A stretch of DNA of 64,000 nt from Candidatus Eiseniibacteriota bacterium (GTDB lineage: Bacteria; Eisenbacteria; RBG-16-71-46), in assembly GCA_963776245.1 (NCBI GenBank), contig CAVZLN010000006.1:704001-768000 (forward strand), read 5' to 3'. Both the position numbers and the translations under genes were made by a program. A model generated the notes under the pieces. It was not told the origin of the DNA. It ran no database searches and saw nothing but the letters and a program-made list of their open reading frames with translations. This document shows, in pieces, positions 43,081 to 57,664 of the stretch (position 1 is its first letter; the number at the start of each line of letters is the position of its first letter).

Positions 43081-44156
43081 CGAAGAGCCTGCTTCCCCGC
43101 GCCGCGCTGCTCGCGTTGCTCGCGGCGCTCGCCGCCGGGTGCGGCCACCGCACCTCCACGACCGCGGCCGCGGACGCCGGCCCTCCCGCCACGGTGACGG
43201 TGCTGCGCGCCGCAGCGGGCCGGGCGACGCGCTGGTGCTGCCCGCGCGCGTGACCGCCCGCGAGGAGGTCACGCTCACCGCGCGCCTGGCGGCGCGCCTG
43301 ACCGCGCTGCCGCTGCGCGAGGGCGACCACTTCCGCCGCGGACAGACGCTCGCCACGTTCGACGCGCCCGAGACCCGCGCCGCGCTCGAAGGCGCCCGCG
43401 CCGGTCTCGCCTCCGCGACCCTGGCCCGCGACCTCGCGCGGCGGCAGGAGGCGCGCATGGACTCGCTGTTCGCCGCGCGCGTCGCCGCGCAGCGCGAGCT
43501 GGAAGGCGCGCAGGCCGAACGCCGCGCCGCCGAGGCAGGCTGGGCGCAGGCACGCGCGCAGGTGGACCAGATGCAGAGCGGCGTGACGCTCGAGGCGCCG
43601 TTCGACGGCGTCGTGGTGCGCCGCCACGCCGATCCCGGCGGCACCGTGGGCCCCGGCCAGCCGCTGCTCGACCTGCGCTCGAGCGCGGTCGGCGAGATCG
43701 TCGTCGCGGTGCCGGAGTCCGAGCTGCCGCGCCTCGCCGCGCGGCGCGCCGAGGTCCAGTCGGCGATGGGCCCTGGCGACCCGCCACGCTCGCGCGCGTG
43801 GACGGCATGACCGACTTCACGACGCGCAGCCGCGTCGCGCGCTTCCGCCCGGTGGCGGGGCCCGCGCTCGAGGCTGGCGCGTTCGCACGCGTCCGGCTCG
43901 CCGCCACGGCGCCGGGGACCGGGGAGGGCAGTGACTCCGCACCCGGGCTCCTCAGCGTCCCTTCCCGCGCCCTCGTGCGCCGTGGCGGTCTCACCGGCGT
44001 GTTCGTCGCCGAGGACGGGCGTCGCACGGCTGCGCTGGCTGCGGTCGGCCGCGAGAGCGGCGGCGCGATCGAGGTGCTGGCCGGCCTCGACGCCCGGGAC
44101 GCCGTGATCCTCGAGCCCGCCGGCCTCAGCGACGGGCGCGCCGTGAAGGTGGGCTC

Positions 44157-44160
<4 letters not shown>
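43077..44160 (+). CDS. RND periplasmic adaptor (MFP) lipoprotein, apparent frameshifts near 43215 and 43770
   Basis: Lipobox AAG-C; EGDHFRRGQTL, APFDGVV, VPSRALV, EVLAGL. Confidence 0.85.
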
Positions 44161-47412
<3,252 letters not shown>

Positions 47413-47416
<4 letters not shown>

Positions 47417-47700
47417 AGATGCTCATGATGATGGCGGACGCGACGCGCATCGACATGGTGCGCAAGGACCTCGCATCGCTGGGCGCACCGGGCTACACGG
47501 TGATCCCGGTGGCCGAGGGCCGTGGCCGCACGGGGATCCACACCGCCGACCGCATCCACCCGGGTGCGCTGGCGATGGTACTGGTGTTCGACGAGGCTGC
47601 CAGCGCGGACCGTCTCTTCGACGAGATGGCGAAGCGGCGCGACGCGCACGGCGACCTGCTTTCGAGGCTGTTCCTGATACCGGTCGAACGTCAGGCCTGA
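47413..47700 (+). CDS. P-II-like (GlnB/DUF190-like) transporter-associated protein
   Basis: ATGA overlap with the RND gene; GYTVIP-x2-EGRGRTG, HPG, LFLIPVE. Confidence 0.7.
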
Positions 47701-47729
47701 GCCGCATCCGAACCGAAGGGGGGCATTCC

Positions 47730-47921
47730 ATGACCGTGAACCAGGCCCTGCGTGGGGTCGCGGGTTCGTTCGTCCTGATCTCGGTGGCGCTCGGCTACTG
47801 GGTCAACCCGTGGTTCTTCGCGTTCACCGCGTTCGTGGGCGCGAACCTGCTGCAGAGCGCGTTCTCGAAGTGGTGCCCGATGATGAGCATTCTGAAGGCC
47901 GCGGGGCTGAAGGCCGATTAG
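47730..47921 (+). CDS. DUF2892 (YgaP-like) membrane protein
   Basis: R-x2-AG...FVGANLLQSAFSKWCPM. Confidence 0.9.
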   Translation: MTVNQALRGVAGSFVLISVALGYWVNPWFFAFTAFVGANLLQSAFSKWCPMMSILKAAGLKAD

Positions 47922-47941
47922 GCCGTGAAGGTCCCGCGGCT

Positions 47942-48658
47942 TCAGCCCTCGGCGAGTCGGTAGCCCACGCCCGGCTCGGTGAGGAGCAGCGCGGGGCGCG
48001 AGGGGTCGCGCTCGAGCTTGTGGCGCAACTGGGCCATGTACACGCGCAGGTAGTGGTGCTGCGAGGTGTGGCTCGGCCCCCACACCTCACGCAGCAGGTG
48101 CTCGTGGGTGAGCACGCGGCCGGGGAACCTCGCGAGCGCGGCGAGCAGGCGGTACTCGATCGGTGTCAGCCGCACCTCCGCACCCTCGAGGGTCACCTGG
48201 CGGCGCGCGTGGTCGATGCGCAGAGGTCCGGCCTCGACCACGCTGTCGTCGGTGCCGGCGCGCGCGCGGGCACCGTGGCGCAGCGCGACGCGCATGCGCG
48301 CCAGCAGCTCGCCCATCGAGAACGGCTTGGTGACGTAGTCGTCGGCGCCGGCGTCGAGCGCGCGGATCTTGTCGCCCTCCTGCCCGCGCGCCGACAGCAC
48401 CAGGATCGGCACCGTCGACCACTCGCGCACGCGGCGCGTCACTTCGATCCCGTCGACGTCGGGCAGCCCCAGATCGAGCACGATCAGGTCGGGCTGGCGC
48501 ATCGCGGCCTGCGCGATGCCGTCGGCGCCGGTCGCGGACTCGACCAGCGCGAAGCCCTGGCTCGCCAGCGCCGCCCGCAGGAAGCGCCGGATCGGCTCGT
48601 CGTCCTCGATCACCAGCACCACCACCGGCGGACCGGCGACCGGCGCGTCCTCGCTCAT
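47942..48658 (-). CDS. kdpE: response regulator KdpE (OmpR family)
   Basis: IEDD, LDLGLPD, DDYVTKPF, YLRVYMAQLRHKLE, TEPGVGYR. Confidence 0.93.
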   Translation of the reverse strand: MSEDAPVAGPPVVVLVIEDDEPIRRFLRAALASQGFALVESATGADGIAQAAMRQPDLIVLDLGLPDVDGIEVTRRVREWSTVPILVLSARGQEGDKIRALDAGADDYVTKPFSMGELLARMRVALRHGARARAGTDDSVVEAGPLRIDHARRQVTLEGAEVRLTPIEYRLLAALARFPGRVLTHEHLLREVWGPSHTSQHHYLRVYMAQLRHKLERDPSRPALLLTEPGVGYRLAEG

Positions 48659-51367
48659 GCGCCCTTCCCCGCCGCCCGGCTCGTCGCCGGCGGCCTCGGC
48701 CTCGACCTCGGGTGGATCGCCGCCGAGCGGCAGCTCGATCCGGAACAGCGCGCCGCCGCCCGACCGCGGCTGCGCGCTGATGCGGCCCTCGTGGGCCTCG
48801 ACGATGGCGCGCGCGATGGTGAGCCCCAGCCCGGCGCCGCGCCGCGGGCCGGCGCGACCGCCGCGGTAGAACTTCTCGAACACCCGCGCCTCCTCCCCCG
48901 GCGCCAGGCCCGGGCCGCGGTCGGCGATCTCCACCACCAGATGGTCGCCGTCGAGCCTGGCCTCGATCCCGATGGGGGCGGCGGCCGGCGAGTACTTGAC
49001 GGCGTTCTCGAGCAGGTTGGCGAGCGCCTGATCGAACAGCACGTCGTCGAGCGGCACCAGCGGCAGGGATCCCGGCAGGCGCACCGCCACCTCGCGGCCG
49101 GCGAGCACCGGGTCGAGGCGGCGCAGCACGGCGCCGAGCAGCTCCTCGAGCGAGTGCCACTCCTTGTGGACCTGGACCGCGCCCGACTCCAGCCGCGTGA
49201 TCTCGAGCAGATCGCCGACCAGGCGGCCGAGGCGGCCCGCCTCGTCGGCGATGGTGTCGAGCATCTCGCGCCGCGCCGGCGCCGGCAGGGTGGCGTCGTC
49301 GCGCAGGCTGGTGGCCGCGCCGGTGATGACGGTGAGCGGGGTGCGCAGGTCGTGCGACACCGAACTCAGCAGCGCGTTGCGCATCCGCTCGGTCTCGACG
49401 TCGACGCGCACGCGCTCGGCGTGGCGCGCCAGCTGGGCGCGCTCGAGCGCGACCGCGATCTGGTTGGTGAAGGTGAGCAGCAGCCGGTAGCGGTCGGGCG
49501 CGAACAGGTTGCGCGGCACGTCGGGACCGACGCCGAGCACTCCGAGCAGCCCGGCGGTGCCCTTGAGCGGCAGGTAGAGCCCGCGCGAGGCCGGCAGCGT
49601 CGGCGTGCCGGCGCCGGCGATCTGGCCCTGGTCGAACGTCCATTGGGCCACGCCCCGCTCGTGGCCGCCCTCGCTCTGCGGCAGCTCGCCCGCGGCCACC
49701 TCGAGGCGCCCCTCGGGCCCCGGCAGCAGGATGACCCCGCGCACCTCGAACACCTCCGCGATGCGGCGCAGCGCGGCGGCGAGCAGGTCGCGCGGCTCGC
49801 GCCCCGCCGACAGATCGCGGCTGAGCTGGAACAGCGCCGCGGCGCGCTGCTCGCGCTGGCGCGCCTGGACGACCTGTCCGCGCAGGCGCGAAGTCAGCGT
49901 GCCGATCAGCAGCCCGACCGCCAGCATCACACCGAAGGTCACCACGTATTGAGCGTCATCCACCTCGAAGGTGTTGCGCGGCGGCACGAAAGCGAAGTCG
50001 AACACCGCCACGCCGAGCACCGACGCCAGGATCGAGGGGCCGCGCCCGAACACCGTCGCCACCAGGGCCACGCCGAGCAGGTAGACCATGGCGAGGTTCG
50101 AGGGATCGAAGTGGCGCTGCATCACCCCCGCCAGCAGGGTGCAGACTGCCACCACCGCGACCGCCCCCAGCCACGCGTGCCAGGCCGGGCGCCGGCGGCC
50201 CGGGAGCCAGCGGCGCGGCCTCGCCCTCCTCGCCACGCAGCACGAACACGTCGAGATCGCGACCCGCTCGCATCAGCGCGGACGCCACCGAGCCGGTGAA
50301 GGGCTCCCGCCACGCGCCCCCGCGCGCGCGCCCCACCACGATCCGCGAGGCATTGCGGCGCCGCGCGAACGCCAGCACCTCGTCCACCACACGCACACCC
50401 TCGAGCATCGCGGTCTCGGCGCCGAGGTCCTCGGCGAAGCCCATGACGTCGACGATGCGGTCGCGGAACGCCTGGCCCTCGCGGAGCGCGGCCGGGGTCT
50501 CCACGTGGACCACGATCCACTCCGCCTTGAGCGCGGCGGCGACATGGCGCGCGGCGCGCACCAGCCGCAGCCCGCGCTCCGGGTCGCCCACCGCGACCAC
50601 CAGTCGCTCGCGCACCGTCCATGAGCCGGCGATGCCCTCGGCGCGGCGGTAGGACTCCATCTGGGCGTCGACGCGCTGCGCCGTGAGCCGCAGCGCCAGC
50701 TCGCGCAGCGCGATCAGGTTGCCCTTGCGGAAGAAGTTCTGCGCGGCGCGCTCGGCCTGCGCCGGCAGGTACACCTTGCCCTCGCGCAGCCGCTGGAGCA
50801 GGTCGTCGGGCGGCAGATCCACCAGCTCGATCTCGTCGGCGCGGTCGAGGATCGAGTCCGGCACGGTCTCGCGCTGGGTCACGCCGGTGATCTGCGCCAC
50901 CACGTCGACCACGCTCTCGACGTGCTGGACGTTGAGCGTGGTGGCGACGTCGATGCCGGCCTCGAGCAGCTCCTCGACGTCCTGCCAGCGCCGTCGATGG
51001 CGGGAGCCCGGGGCGTTGGTGTGCGCCAGCTCGTCGAGCACCAGCAGGCCGGGCCGTCGCGCCAGCGCCGCGTCGAGGTCGAACTCCTCGACGCGTGGTG
51101 CCGCGGTACTCGAGGGCGCGCCGCGGCAGCACCTCGAGTCCCTCGAGCAGCGCGGTCGTCTCGGCGCGGCCGTGGGTCTCGACCAGGCCGATCACGACGT
51201 CGGCGCCGGCGCGGCGCCGCTCGTGCGCTTCGACCAGCGTGGCGTAGGTCTTCCCCACGCCCGCCGAGGCGCCGAAGAAGATCTTGAGCTTGGCGCGGCG
51301 CGCGCGCTCGTCGGCGGTGCGCAGACGCTCGAGGAGCGTATCGGGATCGGGACGTGAGTCGGTTCAT
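48655..51367 (-). CDS. kdpD: sensor histidine kinase KdpD (several apparent frameshifts)
   Basis: GVGKTY, VETHGR, DELAHTN, USP domain, 4 TM, GAF, SHDLRTPL, NLLENAVKY, GLGL. Confidence 0.92.
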
Positions 51368-51463
51368 GCGGCCCCTCGTGGCGGAGAGCGGTTAGGCCGT
51401 CGACCGTGGCAGTCTAGCACGCTCCCGCGGACGCGACCGCGGACTCCCGTGCGCCGGATCGCA

Positions 51464-52828
51464 TCACATCTTGACGAGCATCGCCAGCGAGAGACGGTCC
51501 TCGGTCTTCACGAGATCGGGTGTCCAGCCGTCGACGCGCGAGCCCGGAGCGCCCTGGTTCCCGCCCGGAGGCGTGACGCCGCCGCGCCCGGAGAAGTACG
51601 GCACGTTCGCGGCGCGGTGGTTGTACTCGAGTCGGAAGGTGACGAACGGGCTCGGCATGCAGTCGGCGGTCACCTGCAGGTCCCACGCCCGGTACGGGTC
51701 GCCGGGGTTCGCGGTGAAGTAGGGCGTGCCCGAGAACGCGGTCGCGCCGTTGATCGGCGGCAGCAGCACCAGGTAGCGCCCCGGGTTGTCGATCGCGCCA
51801 CCGCCGACGGTGAGGCGCGTAGCGGTCGTGGTCGAACCAGAGCCGGTTGTACGCCATGAAGCCGAGGAAGTACTGCGACGACGCCGTCACGCCGCCGCCC
51901 GATCTCGCAGCCCGCGTCCACCGTGAGCGAGACCGCGGCCTTGCTCGACGAGTCCGGTCCGGATGGTCGTGGTACTTGCCCATGACGCTGTCGTCGGTGT
52001 GGAAGCGCCGGCGCTCCGGGTTCCCGAGCGTGTCGGTGCCGTAGTACTGGTTGCCGACGCACCGAGATCGAGCCGTTCGGGCGCCACAGGATCTGCACGC
52101 CACCGCCGGGCGCGTCGTTGAACCGGCCGTAGGACTGCCAGCCGTTCACCAGCCACGGCTCGATCTTGAGCTTGTCGGTCGGGAAGAACTGCACGCGCAT
52201 GCCGTTGAAGAACCACGGGCGTGTTCGACGACACGTACGACGGCTGGTAGGTCCAGTTGTCGGCGTTGTAGTAGCTCCAGAGCCCGATGTACGACATGAA
52301 GATGCCCGGCCTGGATGTTGATCGCCGTGCATCGCGTCGATGTGGTAGCCGCCGTAGGCCTCGGAGATGTAGCGGTAGGCGTCGTCGAGCCGCCACTGGC
52401 CGCGCCCCGGGCTGGCGTCGTTGCGCGGCGTCGTCATCGAGTACATGCCGAACTGGGTCATGACGCGACCCATGACGTTCTTGTAGAAGATGTCGCCGCC
52501 GATGCCGAGCTGGGTGACCTGGAACTCGCCGTGCCGGAAGACCTCGCTCGATCCCGAGATGGTGTTGTCCCTCGGGTTCGCGAAGCTGTAGTGGTAGACG
52601 TCGTCGAGCGCGGAACTCGCCGGTGAACGGCCCGGCGCGAGAGCGGACGCTCGCTGGCGCCGGCGTTGCCGGGCATCCACGAGAAGTCCGCGAATGCGAA
52701 TGGCGCGCTGGCGGCGGCCGGCGCCGCGGCGCTCGCGGAGGACGTCCGCGGCCGCGGCGCGCGCGCGTGTGGTGCGATCATGCGAACAGCAGGCACAGCA
52801 CGACCGGGATGACGGCACGACGCGACAT
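51464..52828 (-). CDS. outer-membrane beta-barrel porin (BBP2/OmpL-like), multiple apparent frameshifts
   Basis: Signal peptide; FADFSW, YISEAYGGYH, PGIFMSYIG, WLVNGWQSY, FRLEYNHR. Confidence 0.75.
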
Positions 52829-52895
52829 GGAGGTCCCTTTCGAGGCCGTCCGCTGCTGGCGGACGGCCTCCTGCTTCGATGGAGCGATGGCCGTG

Positions 52896-53487
52896 TCAGC
52901 GCGAGAGCGCGCTGGCCAGCGTCGAGCGCGAGGTTCAGGCGCAGCACGTTCACCCGCGGCTCGCCCAGCAGCGCCGAACTGCGGCGGCTCGGTGAAGCGC
53001 GCCACCAGCGCGCGCACGGCGTCCGGCGTCGAGCCCGCGCGCGCGCGCGACCCGCGGCCACCTGGTATGCGGCCGCCGCGGGGCTGATGTGGGGATCGAG
53101 CCCGCTCGCCGAGGTGGTCACCAGGTCGACCGGGACCGGCGCAGCGTTGGTCGGGTCCGCCGCGCGCAGCGCCGCGACGCGCGCGCGCACGGCCTCGATC
53201 AGGGCCGGGTTCAGCGGCCCCAGGTTCGATCCGCGTCGAGAGCGCGCGCGTCGTACGGCACCCGCGAGGTCGCCGACGGCCGGCCCCAGAAGTCGCCCGG
53301 GGCGTCGAACGACTGACCGATCAGCGCCGAGCCGCGCACCACACCGCCCTCGACGATCAGGCTGCCGCGCGTCTGGCGCGGGAACAGCAGCATGCGCCGA
53401 TCCGGTGACCACCAGCGGGTAGAGCACGCCGGTGACGAGGGTCAGCGCCACCAGCAGCGCGAGCGCGGGACGCAGTGCGAGACGCAC
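52896..53487 (-). CDS. kdpC: K+-transporting ATPase subunit C (apparent frameshifts; end approximate)
   Basis: [50 protein letters not shown]. Confidence 0.9.
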
Positions 53488-53496
53488 GACAGCCTC

Positions 53497-55569
53497 CTAG
53501 GTGAGATGGAGCGCGACCAGCGCGAGGTCGATGAGCTTGATGCCCACGAACGGCGCGATCAGCCCGCCGACGCCGTAGATCAGCAGGTGCTGGCGCAGCA
53601 CGGTGGCGGCCCCGAGCGGCCGGTAGCGCACGCCGCGCAGCGCGAGCGGGATGAGCGCGATGATGATCAGGGCGTTGAAGATCACCGCCGACAGGATCGC
53701 GCTCTCGGGCGTGGCGAGGCGCATCACGTTGAGCGCCGCGAGCGGCGGATAGGTGGCCGCGAACGCCGCGGGCAGGATGGCGAAGTACTTCGCGACGTCG
53801 TTCGTGATGCTGAAGGTCGTGAGCGCGCCGCGGGTCATCAGCAGCTGCTTTCCGGTCTCGACGATCTCGATGAGCTTGGTCGGGTTCGAGTCGAGGTCGA
53901 CCATGTTGCCCGCCTCCTTGGCCGCCTGGGTGCCGCTGTTCATCGCCACCGCGACGTCGGCCTGCGCGAGCGCCGGCGCGTCGTTGGTGCCGTCGCCCGT
54001 CATCGCGACCAGCCGCCCGCCGGCCTGCTGCTCGCGGATGAGCTTGAGCTTGGCCTCGGGCGTGGCCTCGGCGAGGAAGTCGTCGACCCCGGCCTCGGCC
54101 GCGATGGCGGCGGCGGTGAGCGGGTTGTCGCCGGTGATCATCACGGTCTTGATGCCCATGTTGCGCAGTTGCTGGAAGCGCTCGCGGATGCCGCCCTTGA
54201 CGATGTCCTTGAGCTGGATCACGCCCAGCACGTGGGGGCCGTCCGCTACCACCAGCGGCGTGGCGCCCTCGCGCGCGACCCGCTCGACACCGGCGCGCAC
54301 CGCGGCCGGCAGCGTGCCTCCCTGCGCGCGCACGAACGCCTCGACCGCGTCGGCCGCGCCCTTGCGGACGCGTCGCCCGTCGAGGTCCACACCGCTCATG
54401 CGGGTATGCGCCGAGAACGGCACGAACACCGCGCCGAGCGCGTGCACGTCGCGCTCGCGCAGGCCGTGGCGCTCCTTGGCCAGCACCACGATGCTGCGTC
54501 CCTCGGGCGTCTCGTCCGCCAGCGAGGCGAGCTGGGCGGCGTCGGCGAGCGACTCGACGCTCACGCCCGCGGCGGGCAGGAACGCGGTCGCCTGGCGGTT
54601 GCCGAGCGTGATGGTGCCGGTCTTGTCGAGCAGGAGCACGTCCACGTCGCCCGCGGCCTCGACCGCCCGGCCCGACATCGCGATCACGTTCGCCTGGGTC
54701 ATGCGGTCCATGCCCGCGATCCCGATGGCCGAGAGCAGTCCGCCGATCGTGGTGGGGATCAGGCACACCAGCAGGGCGCTCAGCACCGTGACCGTGATCG
54801 GGGCGCCGGCGCCCGCGCTGTGCACCGCGTAGAGCGAGAACGGCAGCAGCGTGCCGGTAGCGAGCAGGAACACGATGGTGAGCGCCGCGAGCAGGATTGC
54901 CAGCGCGATCTCGTTCGGAGTCTTCTGGCGCTTGGCGCCCTCGACCATGGCGATCATGCGGTCGAGGAAGGTCTCGCCCGGCTCCGACGTGACCCGGATC
55001 ACGAGCCAGTCCGACAGCACTCGCGTGCCGCCGGTGACGGAACTGCGGTCGCCTCCGCTCTCGCGGATCACCGGCGCGCTCTCGCCGGTGATGGCGCTCT
55101 CGTCCACCGACGCCACACCGTCGATCACCTCACCATCCGAAGCGATCGTGTCGCCGGCGTGGGAGATGAACACGTCGCTCTTCTTGAGCGTGGTCGACGG
55201 GGCGACCGAGATCGAGAAGTGGTCCGCCGGGTCGCTCAACAGCTTCGCCATCACATGTCCGCGTGCCCGACGCAGTGCGTCAGCCTGCGCCTTGCCGCGT
55301 CCTTCCGCGATGGCCTCCGCGAAGTTCGCGAAGAACACCGTGAACCACAGCCACACCGCCACGCCCAGGATGAACGTCGCAGGCGCCTCGCCGTGGCCGC
55401 CGAGTGCCTGGATGCCGAGCACGGTGGTGAGCACCGAGGTCACGAGCACCACGAACATCACAGGATTTCGGATCTGGTGGCGCGGGTCGAGCTTGAGCAC
55501 CGCGTCGCGCAGCGCGCGGCGGATGATGGGCGGGTCGAACAGCGGGCGGGCACCGAGCCGGGCCGACAT
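53497..55569 (-). CDS. kdpB: K+-transporting ATPase subunit B
   Basis: TGES, LIPTTIG, DKTGT, TGDN, GDGTND. Confidence 0.98.
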   Translation of the reverse strand: MSARLGARPLFDPPIIRRALRDAVLKLDPRHQIRNPVMFVVLVTSVLTTVLGIQALGGHGEAPATFILGVAVWLWFTVFFANFAEAIAEGRGKAQADALRRARGHVMAKLLSDPADHFSISVAPSTTLKKSDVFISHAGDTIASDGEVIDGVASVDESAITGESAPVIRESGGDRSSVTGGTRVLSDWLVIRVTSEPGETFLDRMIAMVEGAKRQKTPNEIALAILLAALTIVFLLATGTLLPFSLYAVHSAGAGAPITVTVLSALLVCLIPTTIGGLLSAIGIAGMDRMTQANVIAMSGRAVEAAGDVDVLLLDKTGTITLGNRQATAFLPAAGVSVESLADAAQLASLADETPEGRSIVVLAKERHGLRERDVHALGAVFVPFSAHTRMSGVDLDGRRVRKGAADAVEAFVRAQGGTLPAAVRAGVERVAREGATPLVVADGPHVLGVIQLKDIVKGGIRERFQQLRNMGIKTVMITGDNPLTAAAIAAEAGVDDFLAEATPEAKLKLIREQQAGGRLVAMTGDGTNDAPALAQADVAVAMNSGTQAAKEAGNMVDLDSNPTKLIEIVETGKQLLMTRGALTTFSITNDVAKYFAILPAAFAATYPPLAALNVMRLATPESAILSAVIFNALIIIALIPLALRGVRYRPLGAATVLRQHLLIYGVGGLIAPFVGIKLIDLALVALHLT

Positions 55570-55592
55570 GATGGATTCCTCCTCGACGAGAC

Positions 55593-57341
55593 TCAGTGCG
55601 GTAGCGCGATCGCGCCGGTCTGCATCAGGTGCTCGACCACCGGGCCGAGCGCCAGGGCGGGGACGAATGTGAGCGCGCCGACGATGAGCACCACCGTGAT
55701 GAGCATGGCGACGAACAGCGGCGTGTGGGTGGGCAGCGTGCCGGGACCGGCCGGGACCCGCTTCTTGCGCGCGAGCGAGCCGGCCATCGCGAGCACCGGG
55801 ATGGCGAGCGCGTAGCGCGCGAAGAACATCGCCACCCCGAGCGCGAAGTTGTAGAAGGTCGTGTTCGCTCCCAGCCCGGCGAACGCACTGCCGTTGTTGT
55901 TGGACGCCGACGAGAACGCGTAGAGGATCTCGCTGAAGCCGTGCGCGCCGGGATTGCCGAGGGTCGCGACCCCGGACGGCACCGCCACCGCGAACGCGGT
56001 GCCGATCAGCACCAGTGCCGGCGGGATGAGGATGACCAGCGAGGCCATCTTCATCTCATAGGCCTCGATCTTCTTGCCGAGGTACTCGGGCGTGCGACCG
56101 ACCATGAGCCCGGCCATGAAGACCGTGACGAGGGCGAACACCAGCATGCCGTAGAGCCCGGAGCCCACCCCGCCATACACCACTTCGCCCAGTTGCATGA
56201 GGACCATGGGCACCAGCCCGCCCAGCGGCGTGAACGAGTCGTGCATGGCGTTGACCGAGCCGTTCGAGGCCGCGGTCGTGGCACTCGCCCACAGCACGGA
56301 GTTCACCACCCCGAGGCGCGCTTCCTTGCCTTCCATCGAGCCGCGCGCCAGCGACTGGTCGACACCGAGCGCGGCCAGGCCCGGGTTTCCGCGCGTCTCC
56401 GCCCACAGCCCGACCGCCAGCAGCGCCACGAACAACACCGTCATCGCGGCAAGCACCGCCCAGCCCTGACGCGGGTCGCCCACCATGCGTCCGAACGTGA
56501 GGCACAGCGCGGCCGCGATCACCAGGATGGCGAGCATCTCGAGCAGGTTCGAGAGCGGCGTCGGGTTCTCGAATGGGTGCGCGGAGTTCACGTTGTAGTA
56601 GCCGCCGCCGTTGGTCCCGAGCTGCTTGATGGCGATCTGCGAGGCCACCGGGCCGAGCGGGAGCGGCTGCGTGGCGACCACGTGGCCCGCCGCGTCGTGC
56701 ACCGGCCGCGCGAGTGCCGCGACCGGGTCCGGTCCGAATGTCTGCACCACGCCCTGCGACATCAGCGCGACCGCCAGCACCATGGACAGTGGCAGGAGCA
56801 CGTAAAGCGTCGAGCGCACCAGATCGACCCAGAAGTCGCCGACCGTCGCGGCGCCGCGACGCGCCAGGCCGCGGATGAACGCGGCCAGCACCGCGATGCC
56901 GGTCGCCGCCGAGACGAAGTTCTGCACCGCGAGGCCCAGCATCTGGGTGAGGCGGCTCATCGTCGCCTCGCCGGCGTAGCCCTGCCAGTTGGTGTTGGTC
57001 GCGAACGAGACCGCGGTGTTGAACGCCGAGCCCGGCTCGACCCCCGGCAGGTGCGCGGGGTTGAGCGGAAGCATGCCCTGCAACCGCTGGAGCAGGTAGA
57101 CCGCGAGCAGGCCCAGCACGTTGAACGCCAGCATCGCGAGCGTGTACTGCTTCCATGTCATCTCGCCCGCCGGGTCGACGCCCCCGAAGCGGTAGATCAG
57201 GCGCTCGAGCCCGCCGAGCACCGGCGTGAGGAACGTGCGCCGGCCTTCGAGAACGTTCGCGATGAATCCCCCGAGTGGGATTGCGAGCGCGATCAGCGCG
57301 GCCAGGAAGATCAGGACCTGGAGCAAGTCGTTCGGCTTCAT
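55593..57341 (-). CDS. kdpA: K+-transporting ATPase subunit A
   Basis: [24 protein letters not shown]. Confidence 0.98.
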   Translation of the reverse strand: MKPNDLLQVLIFLAALIALAIPLGGFIANVLEGRRTFLTPVLGGLERLIYRFGGVDPAGEMTWKQYTLAMLAFNVLGLLAVYLLQRLQGMLPLNPAHLPGVEPGSAFNTAVSFATNTNWQGYAGEATMSRLTQMLGLAVQNFVSAATGIAVLAAFIRGLARRGAATVGDFWVDLVRSTLYVLLPLSMVLAVALMSQGVVQTFGPDPVAALARPVHDAAGHVVATQPLPLGPVASQIAIKQLGTNGGGYYNVNSAHPFENPTPLSNLLEMLAILVIAAALCLTFGRMVGDPRQGWAVLAAMTVLFVALLAVGLWAETRGNPGLAALGVDQSLARGSMEGKEARLGVVNSVLWASATTAASNGSVNAMHDSFTPLGGLVPMVLMQLGEVVYGGVGSGLYGMLVFALVTVFMAGLMVGRTPEYLGKKIEAYEMKMASLVILIPPALVLIGTAFAVAVPSGVATLGNPGAHGFSEILYAFSSASNNNGSAFAGLGANTTFYNFALGVAMFFARYALAIPVLAMAGSLARKKRVPAGPGTLPTHTPLFVAMLITVVLIVGALTFVPALALGPVVEHLMQTGAIALPH

Positions 57342-57430
57342 CAGAAGCGCTCCGGTCGCAGCAGGGCGACCAACAGGTACGCCAGCAGCACGATCGCGAT
57401 CAGCAAGCCGACCAGGTGAAGTGTGGGCAT
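57341..57430 (-). CDS. kdpF: K+-transporting ATPase subunit F (29 aa, absent from ORF track)
   Basis: MPTLHLVGLLIAIVLLAYLLVALLRPERF*; stop overlaps kdpA ATG; GAGGA RBS. Confidence 0.92.
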   Translation of the reverse strand: MPTLHLVGLLIAIVLLAYLLVALLRPERF

Positions 57431-57437
57431 CGATTCC

Positions 57438-57524
57438 TCACATCAGCCGCTCGCACAGACGCACCAGCGCCCGCGCGAGCACGACGCAGATCAGGACCAC
57501 CACGAGCCACCCCAGGTCTGACAT
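57438..57524 (-). CDS. 28-aa hydrophobic micro-protein upstream of kdpF
   Basis: MSDLGWLVVVLICVVLARALVRLCERLM*; GGAGG RBS at 57531-57535. Confidence 0.7.
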   Translation of the reverse strand: MSDLGWLVVVLICVVLARALVRLCERLM

Positions 57525-57572
57525 GGACGACCTCCGTTGCTCCGGGACCACGCCTATTGGAGCATGGAACAC

Positions 57573-57622
57573 CGTCAGGCGCGGGTCAGGATGCGGGGCG
57601 CGCGCATCAAGGCGGCGTCAGG
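57573..57622 (-). promoter_or_regulatory. putative KdpE-binding direct repeats
   Basis: Plus-strand half-sites CGTCAGG 57573, GGTCAGG 57584, CATCAAG 57605, CGTCAGG 57616: two pairs with 11-bp period upstream of the kdp operon. Confidence 0.55.
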
Positions 57623-57664
57623 ACGCCCGGTGTGCCAGTCCCCGAGCGGTGCGCGAAGTGGGGC

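Noticed and set aside
47942..50236. Apparent KdpD-KdpE fusion (764-aa ORF)
   Set aside because: Junction reads GAA GGG CGC ATG A; removing one G from the run gives GAA GGC GCA TGA, the usual ATGA overlap. In an indel-rich contig this is most likely an error; check reads near 48660.
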